Shown one piece after another: positions 19,326 through 29,343 of a stretch of 64,000 nucleotides of DNA. A model generated the notes under the pieces. It searched no databases. It had not been told where the DNA came from and saw only the letters and a list, made by a program, of their open reading frames with translations. Numbering within the stretch: position 1 is the first letter of the stretch; the number at the start of each line of letters is the position of its first letter. The DNA lies in the NCBI GenBank assembly GCA_030647775.1, contig JAUSJC010000010.1:264927-328926 (forward strand), in the 5' to 3' direction. A program made the translations under genes and the position numbers. This DNA comes from Candidatus Curtissbacteria bacterium. GTDB lineage: Bacteria > Patescibacteriota > Microgenomatia > Curtissbacterales > GWA2-41-24.

Positions 19326-20831
19326 ATGCGCATTGAAAAAAAGAAATTAGAATTAATTATTATTGCCGCGGTCATTTTGATTGCAGTTTTTTTTCGCTTC
19401 TGGCAGATTCGTGATTATGTCGTCTTCTTGGGTGACGAAGGCCGCGATATGCTCGTTATGAGAAATATGATTCTGGAAAAACGTCCGGTTTTTCTTGGCC
19501 CGACAGCCTCTGTCGGGGGTTTTTACCTTGGCCCGATTTATTACTGGATGGCAGCTCCGTTTTTGGCACTTTGGCGCTTTGACCCCGTTGGCCCTTCCGT
19601 TATGGTTGCCACGTTCGGAGTCGCTACTGTCGTCCTTCTTTATAAGTTTTTAAGAGAAGTGGCAGGATTTTGGCCGGCAACTCTTGCCAGTCTTCTTTAT
19701 GCCATTGCCCCTTTAATTGTTCGGTACTCCAGGTCATCTTGGAACCCCAACCCTCTACCATTTTTCGCCCTTCTGCAAATCTATTCTGTCTATTTGGCAA
19801 TTACCAGGAAAAAGCCTTTGCTTTTTTTGGTTTCCGGTTTATGTTTTGGGGTAGCGATCCAACTGCATTATTTGGCGATTTCTCTTATTCCGATCTCGAT
19901 TGCAATAATCGTCTTAAATTCAAATTTCAAAAGTTGGCCCAAGGCGATTGCCTTGACATTTATCGGTGCTTTTATTACTTTTTCTCCTTTTTTAATATTC
20001 GAAGCAAGGCACGGTTTTCCAAACTTTCACACGATTTTAGAATTTGTAACCCGCAAAACGACTCACGGTTATCAAAGTCCGAATATAATCTGGGTTATTT
20101 CGAACTTTGGCAATATTTTATTGGAAGATATTGCAAAATTTAGCGGAACCATTCTTACTAAAGTTGCTTTTTGGAGTTTAAGCTTCGGCAGTATATTTAT
20201 TCTTGCCAAAAATTGGCAAAACGAGAAAAAGCGCCTTATCGGTTCAATTTGTGTCATTTGGTTTTTGGGGGGCTTGGCAGTTCTAAGGTTCTACTCCGGC
20301 CAGATATTCGATTACTATTTCGGTTTTATGTTTCCCGCGCCGTTTTTTGCGTTTGGTGTTGTTGTAGGGGAGTATTGGCAAAAGAATACTTTCAAGTTAA
20401 TTTTTATTTCCTTTACAATTTTTGCATCGGTACTATTTTTAAATAGAGGTTTTTGGCAAAGCCCCCCCAACCGTTTAATTAATCAGACTCAAACTATTGC
20501 GGATTATGTAATACAAAAGTCTCAAGGCGAGCCTTTCAATTTCGCTCTAATGTCAGACCATAATAGCGACCACGCGTATCGCTATTTTCTGGAAATCAGA
20601 GGGGCAAAACCTGTACAATTAGAAACGATGGTTACAGACCAGCTTCTAATAGTCTGTGAATCAAAAAAATGTTCCCCGCTTGGATATCCAAGCTGGGAGG
20701 TAGCCGGTTTTGGTAGAGGAGAAGTAAATGACCAGTGGGAACTGCCAAATTTTGGAATCCGGATTTTTCGTCTGACTCATTGGGCAGGTGCTCCCAACCC
20801 GGCCGGTAAACCCGCAGTCAAAGAACAATGA
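19326..20831 (+). CDS. GT-C (ArnT/PMT-like) membrane glycosyltransferase
   Basis: F.GDEGRD motif after TM1, LGP motifs, many TMs. Confidence 0.8.
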   Translation: MRIEKKKLELIIIAAVILIAVFFRFWQIRDYVVFLGDEGRDMLVMRNMILEKRPVFLGPTASVGGFYLGPIYYWMAAPFLALWRFDPVGPSVMVATFGVATVVLLYKFLREVAGFWPATLASLLYAIAPLIVRYSRSSWNPNPLPFFALLQIYSVYLAITRKKPLLFLVSGLCFGVAIQLHYLAISLIPISIAIIVLNSNFKSWPKAIALTFIGAFITFSPFLIFEARHGFPNFHTILEFVTRKTTHGYQSPNIIWVISNFGNILLEDIAKFSGTILTKVAFWSLSFGSIFILAKNWQNEKKRLIGSICVIWFLGGLAVLRFYSGQIFDYYFGFMFPAPFFAFGVVVGEYWQKNTFKLIFISFTIFASVLFLNRGFWQSPPNRLINQTQTIADYVIQKSQGEPFNFALMSDHNSDHAYRYFLEIRGAKPVQLETMVTDQLLIVCESKKCSPLGYPSWEVAGFGRGEVNDQWELPNFGIRIFRLTHWAGAPNPAGKPAVKEQ

Positions 20832-21748
20832 AATTAAAACACATTATATCTTCAAAACAGTTCGAGAAAAGTTTTATCCGATCTATTTTTGAAAAGGCCG
20901 ATCAGATTAAAAGCGGCAGATATAATAAAAATATTCTTGCCGGTAGAATAATGGCGACACTCTTTTACGAACCCTCAACAAGGACAAGATTTTCTTTCGA
21001 GTCGGCGATGCAAAGGCTTGGCGGCAGCGTCATCTCAACCGAAAATGCATACCAGTTCTCTTCCGCTGCCAAAGGGGAAACAATTGAGGATACTATTAGG
21101 ATTGTAAGCTCCTACAGCGATGTCATTGTCTTGAGGCACGACACGCTCGGCGCTTCCCAAGTAGCGGCAAGTCTTTCAAAAGTCCCCGTTATCAACGCCG
21201 GGGACGGAAATGGTGAGCACCCCACACAAGCGCTTCTCGATCTTTATACAATTTTCTCAAAATTCAAAACCCCCGATTTTACAGTTATCATGATTGGTGA
21301 TCTTCTAAACGGAAGAACAATTCACTCGCTATCGTATCTACTTTCACTTTACCCAAAAATCAAAATTATTTTTGTTTCACCAAAAGCGCTGGCCATTCCC
21401 AAAACCTTAAAGAGTCATTTAATTGCTACCAAAATTGATTTTACCGAAACAGAAGATTTTGATTTTGCCTTAAAGAAAGCGGACGTAATTTACCAGACAA
21501 GAATTCAAAAAGAAAGGTTTAAAACAAAAAACGATTATAAGAAATATTTTGGAAGGTTCATCATTGATGAAAGTACTTTGCAAAAGATTAAACCAAGAAG
21601 TATCATTATGCACCCTCTGCCAAGAATTAACGAAATTGCACCTAGTGTTGATTCTGACCCCCGTGCCCTTTACTTCCAGCAGGCGGCAAATGGCGTTTAC
21701 ATTAGAATGGCCCTTCTGCTTTATCTCCTTGGCCCGAAAAATCAATGA
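20828..21748 (+). CDS. pyrB: Aspartate carbamoyltransferase catalytic subunit
   Basis: FYEPSTRTR, HPTQ, MHPLPR. Confidence 0.97.
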   Translation: MKLKHIISSKQFEKSFIRSIFEKADQIKSGRYNKNILAGRIMATLFYEPSTRTRFSFESAMQRLGGSVISTENAYQFSSAAKGETIEDTIRIVSSYSDVIVLRHDTLGASQVAASLSKVPVINAGDGNGEHPTQALLDLYTIFSKFKTPDFTVIMIGDLLNGRTIHSLSYLLSLYPKIKIIFVSPKALAIPKTLKSHLIATKIDFTETEDFDFALKKADVIYQTRIQKERFKTKNDYKKYFGRFIIDESTLQKIKPRSIIMHPLPRINEIAPSVDSDPRALYFQQAANGVYIRMALLLYLLGPKNQ

Positions 21749-21763
21749 TAATTTTCGGGCTTT
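21732..21763 (+). terminator. Possible terminator over the pyrB stop
   Basis: GCCCGAAAA / TTTTCGGGC 9-bp stem followed by only TTT. Confidence 0.4.
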
Positions 21764-21801
21764 GACAAAGCAGAGTCCTCAAAGCGATAATTATTCTTAC
21801 A

Positions 21802-22623
21802 ATGAAACCAAATCCGCTAGGCCCGCAGTCGAGTCTTGACTCGACGAGGACCGCAAGGAAGTTAACCGAAGGAAAACTTCCTTATCTTTCAGTTATCATC
21901 CCGGCTTACAATGAAGAACCAAATTTCGAAAAAGGTCTTCTCGAGGCTGTCCCCAAATATTTGGAAAAACAAAATTATTCTTATGAAATCTTAATTGTAG
22001 ATGATGGCTCGCTCGACCAGACGGCAAAACTTTGCCAGGGCTTTGCCCAAAAACATAAAAATGTCCGGGTCATCAAAAACCCCCATCAGGGGAAAGCTGA
22101 AACGGTGAAAAAGGGAGTCCAAGAAGCAGGTGGTGAGTACATACTCTTTACCGATTTTGATCAGGCGACCCCAATTTCCGAAATTGAAAAACTTATGCCT
22201 TTTTTTCCACAGTATGATATTGTCATCGGCTCCCGTCAGCTCCCCGGTGCCAAGCGCGAAAAAGAATCATTGCACCGTCATTTAATGGGTTTAGTGTTTA
22301 ATATGATTGTCCAGACAATCGCCGTTAGGGGGATTTGGGACACTCAAGCCGGTTTTAAATGCTTCAAGAAAGAAGTTGCAAAAGAACTATTTGGACAGCT
22401 TAAAGTCTACGGAAAAGGCAAGCAGATCCAAGGGGCTTTAGTTACTGCTTTTGATGTTGAACTTCTTTTTATTGCCAGAAAGAAAGGCTACAAAATAAAA
22501 GAAGTACCTATCATGTGGCACGCTGTTGAGACAACGCGGGTCAGCCCGCTTAAAGATTCCGTAAGGATGTTTCGGGACGTCCTCAAAGTCCGCCTAAACG
22601 ATATTAAGGGTGTCTATAAATAA
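21802..22623 (+). CDS. GT2, dolichyl/polyprenyl-phosphate glucosyltransferase-like, with hairpin-derived N-terminal extension
   Basis: SVIIPAYNE, VDDGS, FTDFD, DTQAGFK, FDVELL. Confidence 0.88.
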   Translation: MKPNPLGPQSSLDSTRTARKLTEGKLPYLSVIIPAYNEEPNFEKGLLEAVPKYLEKQNYSYEILIVDDGSLDQTAKLCQGFAQKHKNVRVIKNPHQGKAETVKKGVQEAGGEYILFTDFDQATPISEIEKLMPFFPQYDIVIGSRQLPGAKREKESLHRHLMGLVFNMIVQTIAVRGIWDTQAGFKCFKKEVAKELFGQLKVYGKGKQIQGALVTAFDVELLFIARKKGYKIKEVPIMWHAVETTRVSPLKDSVRMFRDVLKVRLNDIKGVYK

Positions 22624-22696
22624 ATTGAATCTCCGATCTTATTCAGTTAGTTCCTAATTTGGCTTTGTCAAAGCAATTTAGGTAGAATTGTCTAAA

Positions 22697-23899
22697 GTGT
22701 CCAAACTCGAAAAAATACTCCTTGCGGCAAACGTCCTTCTATATGGTTTCTTAGCCGTATTCTCCTACGCTTATGTTGATTTGAACCTGACACTTTCCCA
22801 AAACCCTGCCGCGCTCGAATTTGTCGGCCTCATGCAGCAGCTTGGCTATTATCACCGCCCCCAGGCGACCTTTATATATGTAATCTTTATAGCTGTCGCC
22901 TTCTCTTTTTTCGTCTTGAATTTATTTCTTTTTGCCAAATCAAAAATCAGCCTTAAATATCTCAAGGTTGCCACCGTCGTAAATACGCTGATACTTATCT
23001 TTGCCTACCCGTTTTTGTCATCGGACCTTTTTAATTATCTTTTTGACGCCAAAATCATTACCCATTATCACGTCAGTCCATACAATCATCGCGCCTTGGA
23101 TTTTCCCCAAGACGATTGGATCCGTTTCATGCGCTGGGTTCACCGCTATTCTCCCTATGGCCCGGCCTGGCTTGGGATGTCACTTATTCCCTCATTCCTT
23201 GGATTTGGAAAATTCCTATTAACGTTTTTTACTTTCAAAGTTTTTATCGGCATTTTCCATCTGGTTAACAGCAGAATTATCTATAAAGTTTTGGAGAAAG
23301 TTAACCCAAAACAAGCTCTTTTTGGCACCGCTTTTTACGCCCTTAATCCGCTGTTTTTAATTGAGGGTATTGCCAATGGCCACAATGATCTCGTTTTTGC
23401 CACATTTTTACTTCTCCCGATTTATTTTTCTCTCGCCAAACGGAAAGAAATCTTATTCGCCGCGACTTTTTTAATAGGGGTACTTATTAAATATATTTCA
23501 GTTTTAAATCTTCCTTGGTACATAGTGAGGACTTATTTGAAAAAACCAAAAGGCTTTGAAAATTTTGTAATTTTAAATATCCTAACAATGGCCGTCTTTA
23601 CCTTTTTATACTCGACCTTCAGGATTACCGTCCCATTTGTTTCTTCCGGTAGCACTCAAGTCCAGTTTCAGCCATGGTATCTTTTCTGGACAATACCGCT
23701 TATCGCTTTTATTCCCAATCCTTTCTATATGGCAGTCGCAATAATTTTGGTAATTGGATCAATGTTGCGTTATCTTCCGTTTATCTATTTCGGCGACTGG
23801 TCCACGCCCGGAACCATCCAGTATATGCGCCTAGTAACTGTTCTGCCTACTTTTATAGCATTATTTGTAGTTGCGGTTCTAAAATTTAGGAAAAGATGA
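22697..23899 (+). CDS. GT-C, MptA/MptB-like polyprenol-phosphate-sugar transferase
   Basis: PFLSSDLFNY, SPYGP, HND, PWY motifs; GTG 22697 follows TAGAAT. Confidence 0.72.
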   Translation: MSKLEKILLAANVLLYGFLAVFSYAYVDLNLTLSQNPAALEFVGLMQQLGYYHRPQATFIYVIFIAVAFSFFVLNLFLFAKSKISLKYLKVATVVNTLILIFAYPFLSSDLFNYLFDAKIITHYHVSPYNHRALDFPQDDWIRFMRWVHRYSPYGPAWLGMSLIPSFLGFGKFLLTFFTFKVFIGIFHLVNSRIIYKVLEKVNPKQALFGTAFYALNPLFLIEGIANGHNDLVFATFLLLPIYFSLAKRKEILFAATFLIGVLIKYISVLNLPWYIVRTYLKKPKGFENFVILNILTMAVFTFLYSTFRITVPFVSSGSTQVQFQPWYLFWTIPLIAFIPNPFYMAVAIILVIGSMLRYLPFIYFGDWSTPGTIQYMRLVTVLPTFIALFVVAVLKFRKR

Positions 23900-25356
23900 A
23901 AAAAACCTATTTTGCCCTTGCAATAATTTTAACAGTTGCAGCACTTTTGAGAATTCCACTAGTTGCCCAGGGCTTTTTTGCTTTTACCTACGACCAGGGA
24001 AGGGATTTTCTGGCAGTTAGTCAAATAGTCGAAACTCATAAAATTCCCTTAATCGGCCCTACAACCGGGTTGCAGGGAATTTTCTACGGGCCGTGGTGGT
24101 ATTATTTCTTAGTCCCATTATTTCTTATAACAAACGGTAATCCCACTGGCATAGCTCTAGCCTTTTCCGTTATTGGCATTATTAATGTTTTTCTTTTTTT
24201 CTTTCTCATTAAAAAAATCACCGGCAGCGATCTTGCCGCGCTTGGAGTCGCCGCTATTGCCGCAATGTCTTCGGTTTTTCTGACATCCTCCAGCCAAATT
24301 TGGAGTCCGTCTTTGGTTTTACCGCTTATGCTGCTTTATGTTTACTCCCTCGTAAAAATTTTTGAAAAGCACACAAAACTCTGGTTTTTTCTGCTTGGTT
24401 TATCATCAGCTTTGGTTATGGAAAGTGGCGCAGCCTTCGGGATAGTACTTATAATTTCAACCTTTATCGCATTTATCTTCTTCTCTAAAGATTTTTTTAG
24501 GAAAAATCTAATCTTCTTTTTCTTGGGACTGATGCTGATTTTCTTGCCGAGAATAATTTTTGAATTGCGGCATAACTTTCTTATTACAAAATCCACTGTT
24601 GATTGGCTTAGCCATCCGAGGGTTTATCAGGAAAAGTTGAATATCCTCCAAAGGTTTTTTATAAGGATTGATCTTTTCGATTGGAATTTAGCCCAAACAT
24701 TCACCCGGTCAAATAAAATTTTAACACTTATACCGATACTGGCAATTGTCCTTGGCCTTAAACTTTCAAAGTTTAAACTCCTCAAAAATAAGCTTTTCAA
24801 ATTTCTTTCAATATTAACCATCATCATACTTTTGGGTTTCACTATTTACCCGGATGCGCTTTGGGATTACTACTTAGTCGGTTTACCGCAAATCGCCCTT
24901 ACCATTTTTGCCATCAGCATTGCGCATCTATTGTCTTATGCAAAAAAACTTGCCATTTCCATTTTGACTCTGACAATTATCTTGGGGTTTAACACCCAAT
25001 TACTCTCCCCATTTTTAATTACTTGGCTTGGAGACGGGGCTATATACCGTAACCAAAAGATGGTTATGGACTATATTGCATCCCAAAAGCCGCAAAATTA
25101 CAGTTTTTACGCTTATACACCGGCCATTTTTGATTACCCTTTCGACTACATTGTCGATTGGTATGCTAGAAGAGGTTTGATAGAAAAGCCCAAAAGCATG
25201 CAAAAATCTTTTTACTTGGTGATCAGAGATAAAAGTAATAAAAAGTATTTTAACGAGGGATGGTATGGGGATAAAACCAGGGATAAAACCCAAGTAATTG
25301 ATAAAAAAGAATTTCCCGGCGATTTACTTTTGGAAAAGCATATCAGAAATGATTAA
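23896..25356 (+). CDS. GT-C (ArnT/PMT-like) membrane glycosyltransferase
   Basis: FTYDQGRD, LIGP, YGP; resembles the 19326 gene. Confidence 0.8.
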   Translation: MKKTYFALAIILTVAALLRIPLVAQGFFAFTYDQGRDFLAVSQIVETHKIPLIGPTTGLQGIFYGPWWYYFLVPLFLITNGNPTGIALAFSVIGIINVFLFFFLIKKITGSDLAALGVAAIAAMSSVFLTSSSQIWSPSLVLPLMLLYVYSLVKIFEKHTKLWFFLLGLSSALVMESGAAFGIVLIISTFIAFIFFSKDFFRKNLIFFFLGLMLIFLPRIIFELRHNFLITKSTVDWLSHPRVYQEKLNILQRFFIRIDLFDWNLAQTFTRSNKILTLIPILAIVLGLKLSKFKLLKNKLFKFLSILTIIILLGFTIYPDALWDYYLVGLPQIALTIFAISIAHLLSYAKKLAISILTLTIILGFNTQLLSPFLITWLGDGAIYRNQKMVMDYIASQKPQNYSFYAYTPAIFDYPFDYIVDWYARRGLIEKPKSMQKSFYLVIRDKSNKKYFNEGWYGDKTRDKTQVIDKKEFPGDLLLEKHIRND

Positions 25357-27754
25357 ATCCAAAATCTTTCCTATTATATTTATAACTCTTGTAACGTGTC
25401 TTATCTTTTTCAAGATTTTTAGCCGTGGCCTTTATCCAATCCCCGGTGACCTGTTAGTCTCCTTTTATTTCCCTTGGTATTCGGGGAATTGGCAGGGCTA
25501 TAATCCCTGGACTACCCATAAGGAGCTTCTAAACGCCGATAGTATCCGCCAGATTTATCCCTGGAAAGAATTTGCCGTTCGCGAGTTTAAAAAGGGAAAT
25601 TTTCCGCTCTGGAATCCTTACACCTTTTCCGGCCAGCCGCTTGCCGCCAATTTTCAGTCCAGCGTCTATTATCCTTTTAATATCTTTTACTTTTTGCTGG
25701 ACCCCAAAAACGCCTGGATCGTCCTAATTATTATGCAGCCATTTTTGGGCGGCATTTTTATGTATTTGCTCGTAAGGAGTTTCAAACAATCCCGAACCGC
25801 TTCACTTTTTGCCTCCGTCGCCTTCATGTTTTCCAGCTACTTAATCACCTGGATGGAAAACGGCAATATTGGGAATAGTTACATTTGGCTGCCGCTTGCC
25901 TTTTTTTCAATTATTAAGTATTTCCAACATGCGAAGTTCCGCTATATTTTAATTCTCTCGCTGTCTCTTGCGCTTTCCATATTGGGCGGACATCCGCAAA
26001 CCGCTATTTATATTTATATAGCAACTTTCCTTTTCTGGATTTACAAATCGAGAGAGGGGAGACGAAAGTATTTTTCAAGCACCTTGATTTTTCTTTTTGC
26101 CGCGCTGTCATCACTGCTAGTTAGCTCTATTCAAATCATCCCGACAGCTTATTTTTATAAAGTCTCACCCATATCTTTGCCGTTTTCCAAAGAAGTTTTC
26201 GACAGGTCGATTCTCCCTTTTCAAAACCTGGTTACTTTCTTTGCCAGTGATTTTTTTGGTCATCCGGGAAACAATAATTTCTGGAGTTTTTCCTATGGCG
26301 ATTTCACGCCATATTTCGGAGTAGTTCCGCTTATTTTTTCCCTATGGGCAATTATCAAATTATGGAAAAATAATTTTGTAAAATTTGCGTCCGTTGCATC
26401 AGCCTTTTTTATTATCTGCGCAGTCAATGGCCCCATCACGGCGTTTATTAAGGTAGCTAAAATTCCGCTAATCGACTCAACTACCCCCTCCCGCTTCATT
26501 TCTATTTCAATTTTTCTCATGGTTATTTTATCGGCTTTCGGCGTAGGCGATTTTCTGAAAAATCTGAAAGATATCAAATACCAAAAAAGGTTTTTAAGGT
26601 TTCTTTTCCCGATTCTCGCGCTTTATGCTTTTCTTTGGGTCTTTGCCGTTTTTGGTACCAAATTTCTTCCTCAAACCGAAATTTGGAGCATCAATTTGGC
26701 GGTTACCAGAAGGAATTTAATTCTGCCGACTTTAATGTTTCTTTCGATTTTTGGCCTCACTTCCGGTCTTATATTCATAAGCCCGGTAAAAAAATTCGGC
26801 TACCTAATTTCCGTCTGTGGAATATTTTTCGTAACCCTTTTAGGAGGAGTTTACTTTAGTAATAAATTCATGCCGACTGCCCCAAAAAGTTTTATCTTTC
26901 CGGATCACCCATTGTTTAATTGGTTATCGACGAGTGCCGGGTTGGATAGATTTTACGGCGGGGGAACGGCCCACATTGATTTTAATTTTCCTACCCATTA
27001 CCAAATTTACGGCGCGGAAGGTTACGATACCTTGAGGCTTGAGCGCTATGCCCAGCTGCTGGCGTCATCGTTCTCGGGCTCTGTTCCCAAAACTTATTTA
27101 AGGTCGGACGGAGTATTTCCATCTGCCGAAAACGGGTATAGAAAAAGGTTATTTGAACTCTTGGGTGTTAAATACCTCTTGGACAAAGAAGACAATCCCA
27201 AAACAGGCAGCGACTGGCATTACGAAAGATTTTCCGGCGATAGTGTTGAAGGTTTTTGGCAATATGACAAGTTCCAGGTTTATAGAAGGCGGGAAGTTCT
27301 ACCAAGAATATTTCAAACGACCAAATATTATGTTGCTAAAAATGATAGTGACATAATCCAAAAAATTTACGATCCCAACTATGACCTCCGGCGGATTATT
27401 ATTGAAAAAGATCCGCCCTTAACAATTACCGAGTCAAGCGGGGATCTCGTTATCCCAAAAGTGGAAAAATATGATTCTGATCAGATTTTAATTTCCACCA
27501 GTGATAAGAGTAGTTCACTTCTTTTTCTTTCCGATGCTTATGATAAGGACTGGAATGTATATATCGATAGTCAAAAATCCCAAATTCTTCGTGCCAATTA
27601 CGCCCTTAGGGCAGTAGCTGTCCCCAGTGGAAATCATCAGGTTGCATTTAAATATCAGCCAAAATCATTTACATTGGGCGCATTGGCAACACTCTTTTCA
27701 ATTGTAGGTCTTGCTGCCATCTCTGCCTATCTTGTAAAAAAGAAGAAATTCTGA
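25349..27754 (+). CDS. YfhO-family GT-C membrane protein
   Basis: PLWNPY.FSGQPL, GHPQ, GYD, LGVKY, C-terminal G.H...F.Y.P. Confidence 0.85.
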   Translation: MIKSKIFPIIFITLVTCLIFFKIFSRGLYPIPGDLLVSFYFPWYSGNWQGYNPWTTHKELLNADSIRQIYPWKEFAVREFKKGNFPLWNPYTFSGQPLAANFQSSVYYPFNIFYFLLDPKNAWIVLIIMQPFLGGIFMYLLVRSFKQSRTASLFASVAFMFSSYLITWMENGNIGNSYIWLPLAFFSIIKYFQHAKFRYILILSLSLALSILGGHPQTAIYIYIATFLFWIYKSREGRRKYFSSTLIFLFAALSSLLVSSIQIIPTAYFYKVSPISLPFSKEVFDRSILPFQNLVTFFASDFFGHPGNNNFWSFSYGDFTPYFGVVPLIFSLWAIIKLWKNNFVKFASVASAFFIICAVNGPITAFIKVAKIPLIDSTTPSRFISISIFLMVILSAFGVGDFLKNLKDIKYQKRFLRFLFPILALYAFLWVFAVFGTKFLPQTEIWSINLAVTRRNLILPTLMFLSIFGLTSGLIFISPVKKFGYLISVCGIFFVTLLGGVYFSNKFMPTAPKSFIFPDHPLFNWLSTSAGLDRFYGGGTAHIDFNFPTHYQIYGAEGYDTLRLERYAQLLASSFSGSVPKTYLRSDGVFPSAENGYRKRLFELLGVKYLLDKEDNPKTGSDWHYERFSGDSVEGFWQYDKFQVYRRREVLPRIFQTTKYYVAKNDSDIIQKIYDPNYDLRRIIIEKDPPLTITESSGDLVIPKVEKYDSDQILISTSDKSSSLLFLSDAYDKDWNVYIDSQKSQILRANYALRAVAVPSGNHQVAFKYQPKSFTLGALATLFSIVGLAAISAYLVKKKKF

Positions 27755-29343
27755 TGAAAAAATTATTAGTAATTTTGTTTTTATTTTCACTAGTTTCGAT
27801 TTGGCCATTTTTTAAAATTGGATACTTTGAAAGCCATGACGGGGAGTGGATGGTCATTCGTTTTACGGCCTTTCACCAAACATTTAGGGCAGGGCAGTTC
27901 CCTGTCCGTTTTGTGGATAGATTAAATAGTAATTATGGCTATCCGGTTTTAAACTTCCTTTACCCCCTCCCTTTTTACCTGGCGGAAATTCCAAAGATTC
28001 TAGGTTTTAATTTCGTTGACAGCATCAAGGCCGTTTTTGCTATCTCGGCAGTCTTTTCATCTCTGGCCATGTTTTGGGCTCTTCGTCAGAAATTTGACAA
28101 ATATTCCGCTTTTGCCGGCAGTATCTTATATCTTTTTATCCCTTACAGGTTTGTCGATCTTTATGTCAGGGGTTCATTGGGTGAAAGCCTCGCCTTTGCT
28201 TTTGTGCCGCTTTGTTTCGGGGCAATTTTAAAAATCCAAAACGGCAAGAGAATTTATTTCCCTATCCTATCTGCGTCTATCGCTCTTTTAATTTTGTCTC
28301 ATAACGTGATTGCCTTTTTGTTTTTACCATTTTTTTTAATTATCTCCCTAGTCCTTATTAAGAAAAGCCGAATCTTTTTAGTTATGTCATTCTTACTTGG
28401 CATACTTATCTCTTCTTTTTTCACAGTCCCGGCACTTTACGATTTGAAGTTTGTGAGGCTTCCTCAAATTAAAATTGGCAATCCCCAAGATCATTTGGCA
28501 AATTTGATTGATCTGATTGTTCCTAAATGGGGATATGGACCAACCCCCAATGGCCAAAATGCCTTGCCGGTTCAATTTGGCATAGTGCCGCTATTTATTG
28601 CCCTAGCGGCCTTTTATTCACAAATGATTAAAAAAAACAGAAACGTCCTTGTCCAATTTCTTCTTGGCATTTTTGTCTTGATTGCTTTTCTTATGTCAAA
28701 ATTATCTGCCCTCTTTTGGACCAACTTGCCATTCTCAGACCTTATCCAGTTTCCCTGGAGATTGCTCTCAATAATAGTTTTTATTTCAAGTTTTCTTGCC
28801 GCTTACGTTATTGGTATCAGTAAGAATAAAAAAACCCTGACCGCCATTATGGTAGCCGCGAGTATCGCCTCGACCATTCTTTACACAAAACCTGCCGGTT
28901 TCACCGACAAAGGAGATGGTTTCTATTCCACCAATGAGGGCACAACAACGGTGCGGGATGAATATTTGCCCCTTTGGGTAAAAAAACAAAACCCGATAAG
29001 GGCAAACACCAAGATCCAAATAACCGGAGATAGCCCAGTCGAAGATCTAAACATCCGGCCTACTTCATATACTGCAACAATAAAATCGGATATTGATACG
29101 AACGTCCAAGTGAATTCAATTTATTTTCCCGGGTGGCAGGTCAAGATTGATGGTAAAATTACGCCGATAAATTATATGAATGATTTTGGCTTAATAAATT
29201 TCCAGTTGCCACGAGGGGAACACAAAGTTATAATCAAATACACGGAAACTCCGGTTCACACTGCCGCTGATTTAGTATCAATAGGTTCACTGTTGGCTGC
29301 TGGAATTTCCTTTTTCATTTTATGGCGAAAACAAAATTCTTAG
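27754..29343 (+). CDS. PTPS-related/YfhO-like GT-C membrane protein
   Basis: SHDG, GYP..F.YPL, YVRG.L.E, QFPWR, YFPGW. Confidence 0.8.
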   Translation: MKKLLVILFLFSLVSIWPFFKIGYFESHDGEWMVIRFTAFHQTFRAGQFPVRFVDRLNSNYGYPVLNFLYPLPFYLAEIPKILGFNFVDSIKAVFAISAVFSSLAMFWALRQKFDKYSAFAGSILYLFIPYRFVDLYVRGSLGESLAFAFVPLCFGAILKIQNGKRIYFPILSASIALLILSHNVIAFLFLPFFLIISLVLIKKSRIFLVMSFLLGILISSFFTVPALYDLKFVRLPQIKIGNPQDHLANLIDLIVPKWGYGPTPNGQNALPVQFGIVPLFIALAAFYSQMIKKNRNVLVQFLLGIFVLIAFLMSKLSALFWTNLPFSDLIQFPWRLLSIIVFISSFLAAYVIGISKNKKTLTAIMVAASIASTILYTKPAGFTDKGDGFYSTNEGTTTVRDEYLPLWVKKQNPIRANTKIQITGDSPVEDLNIRPTSYTATIKSDIDTNVQVNSIYFPGWQVKIDGKITPINYMNDFGLINFQLPRGEHKVIIKYTETPVHTAADLVSIGSLLAAGISFFILWRKQNS

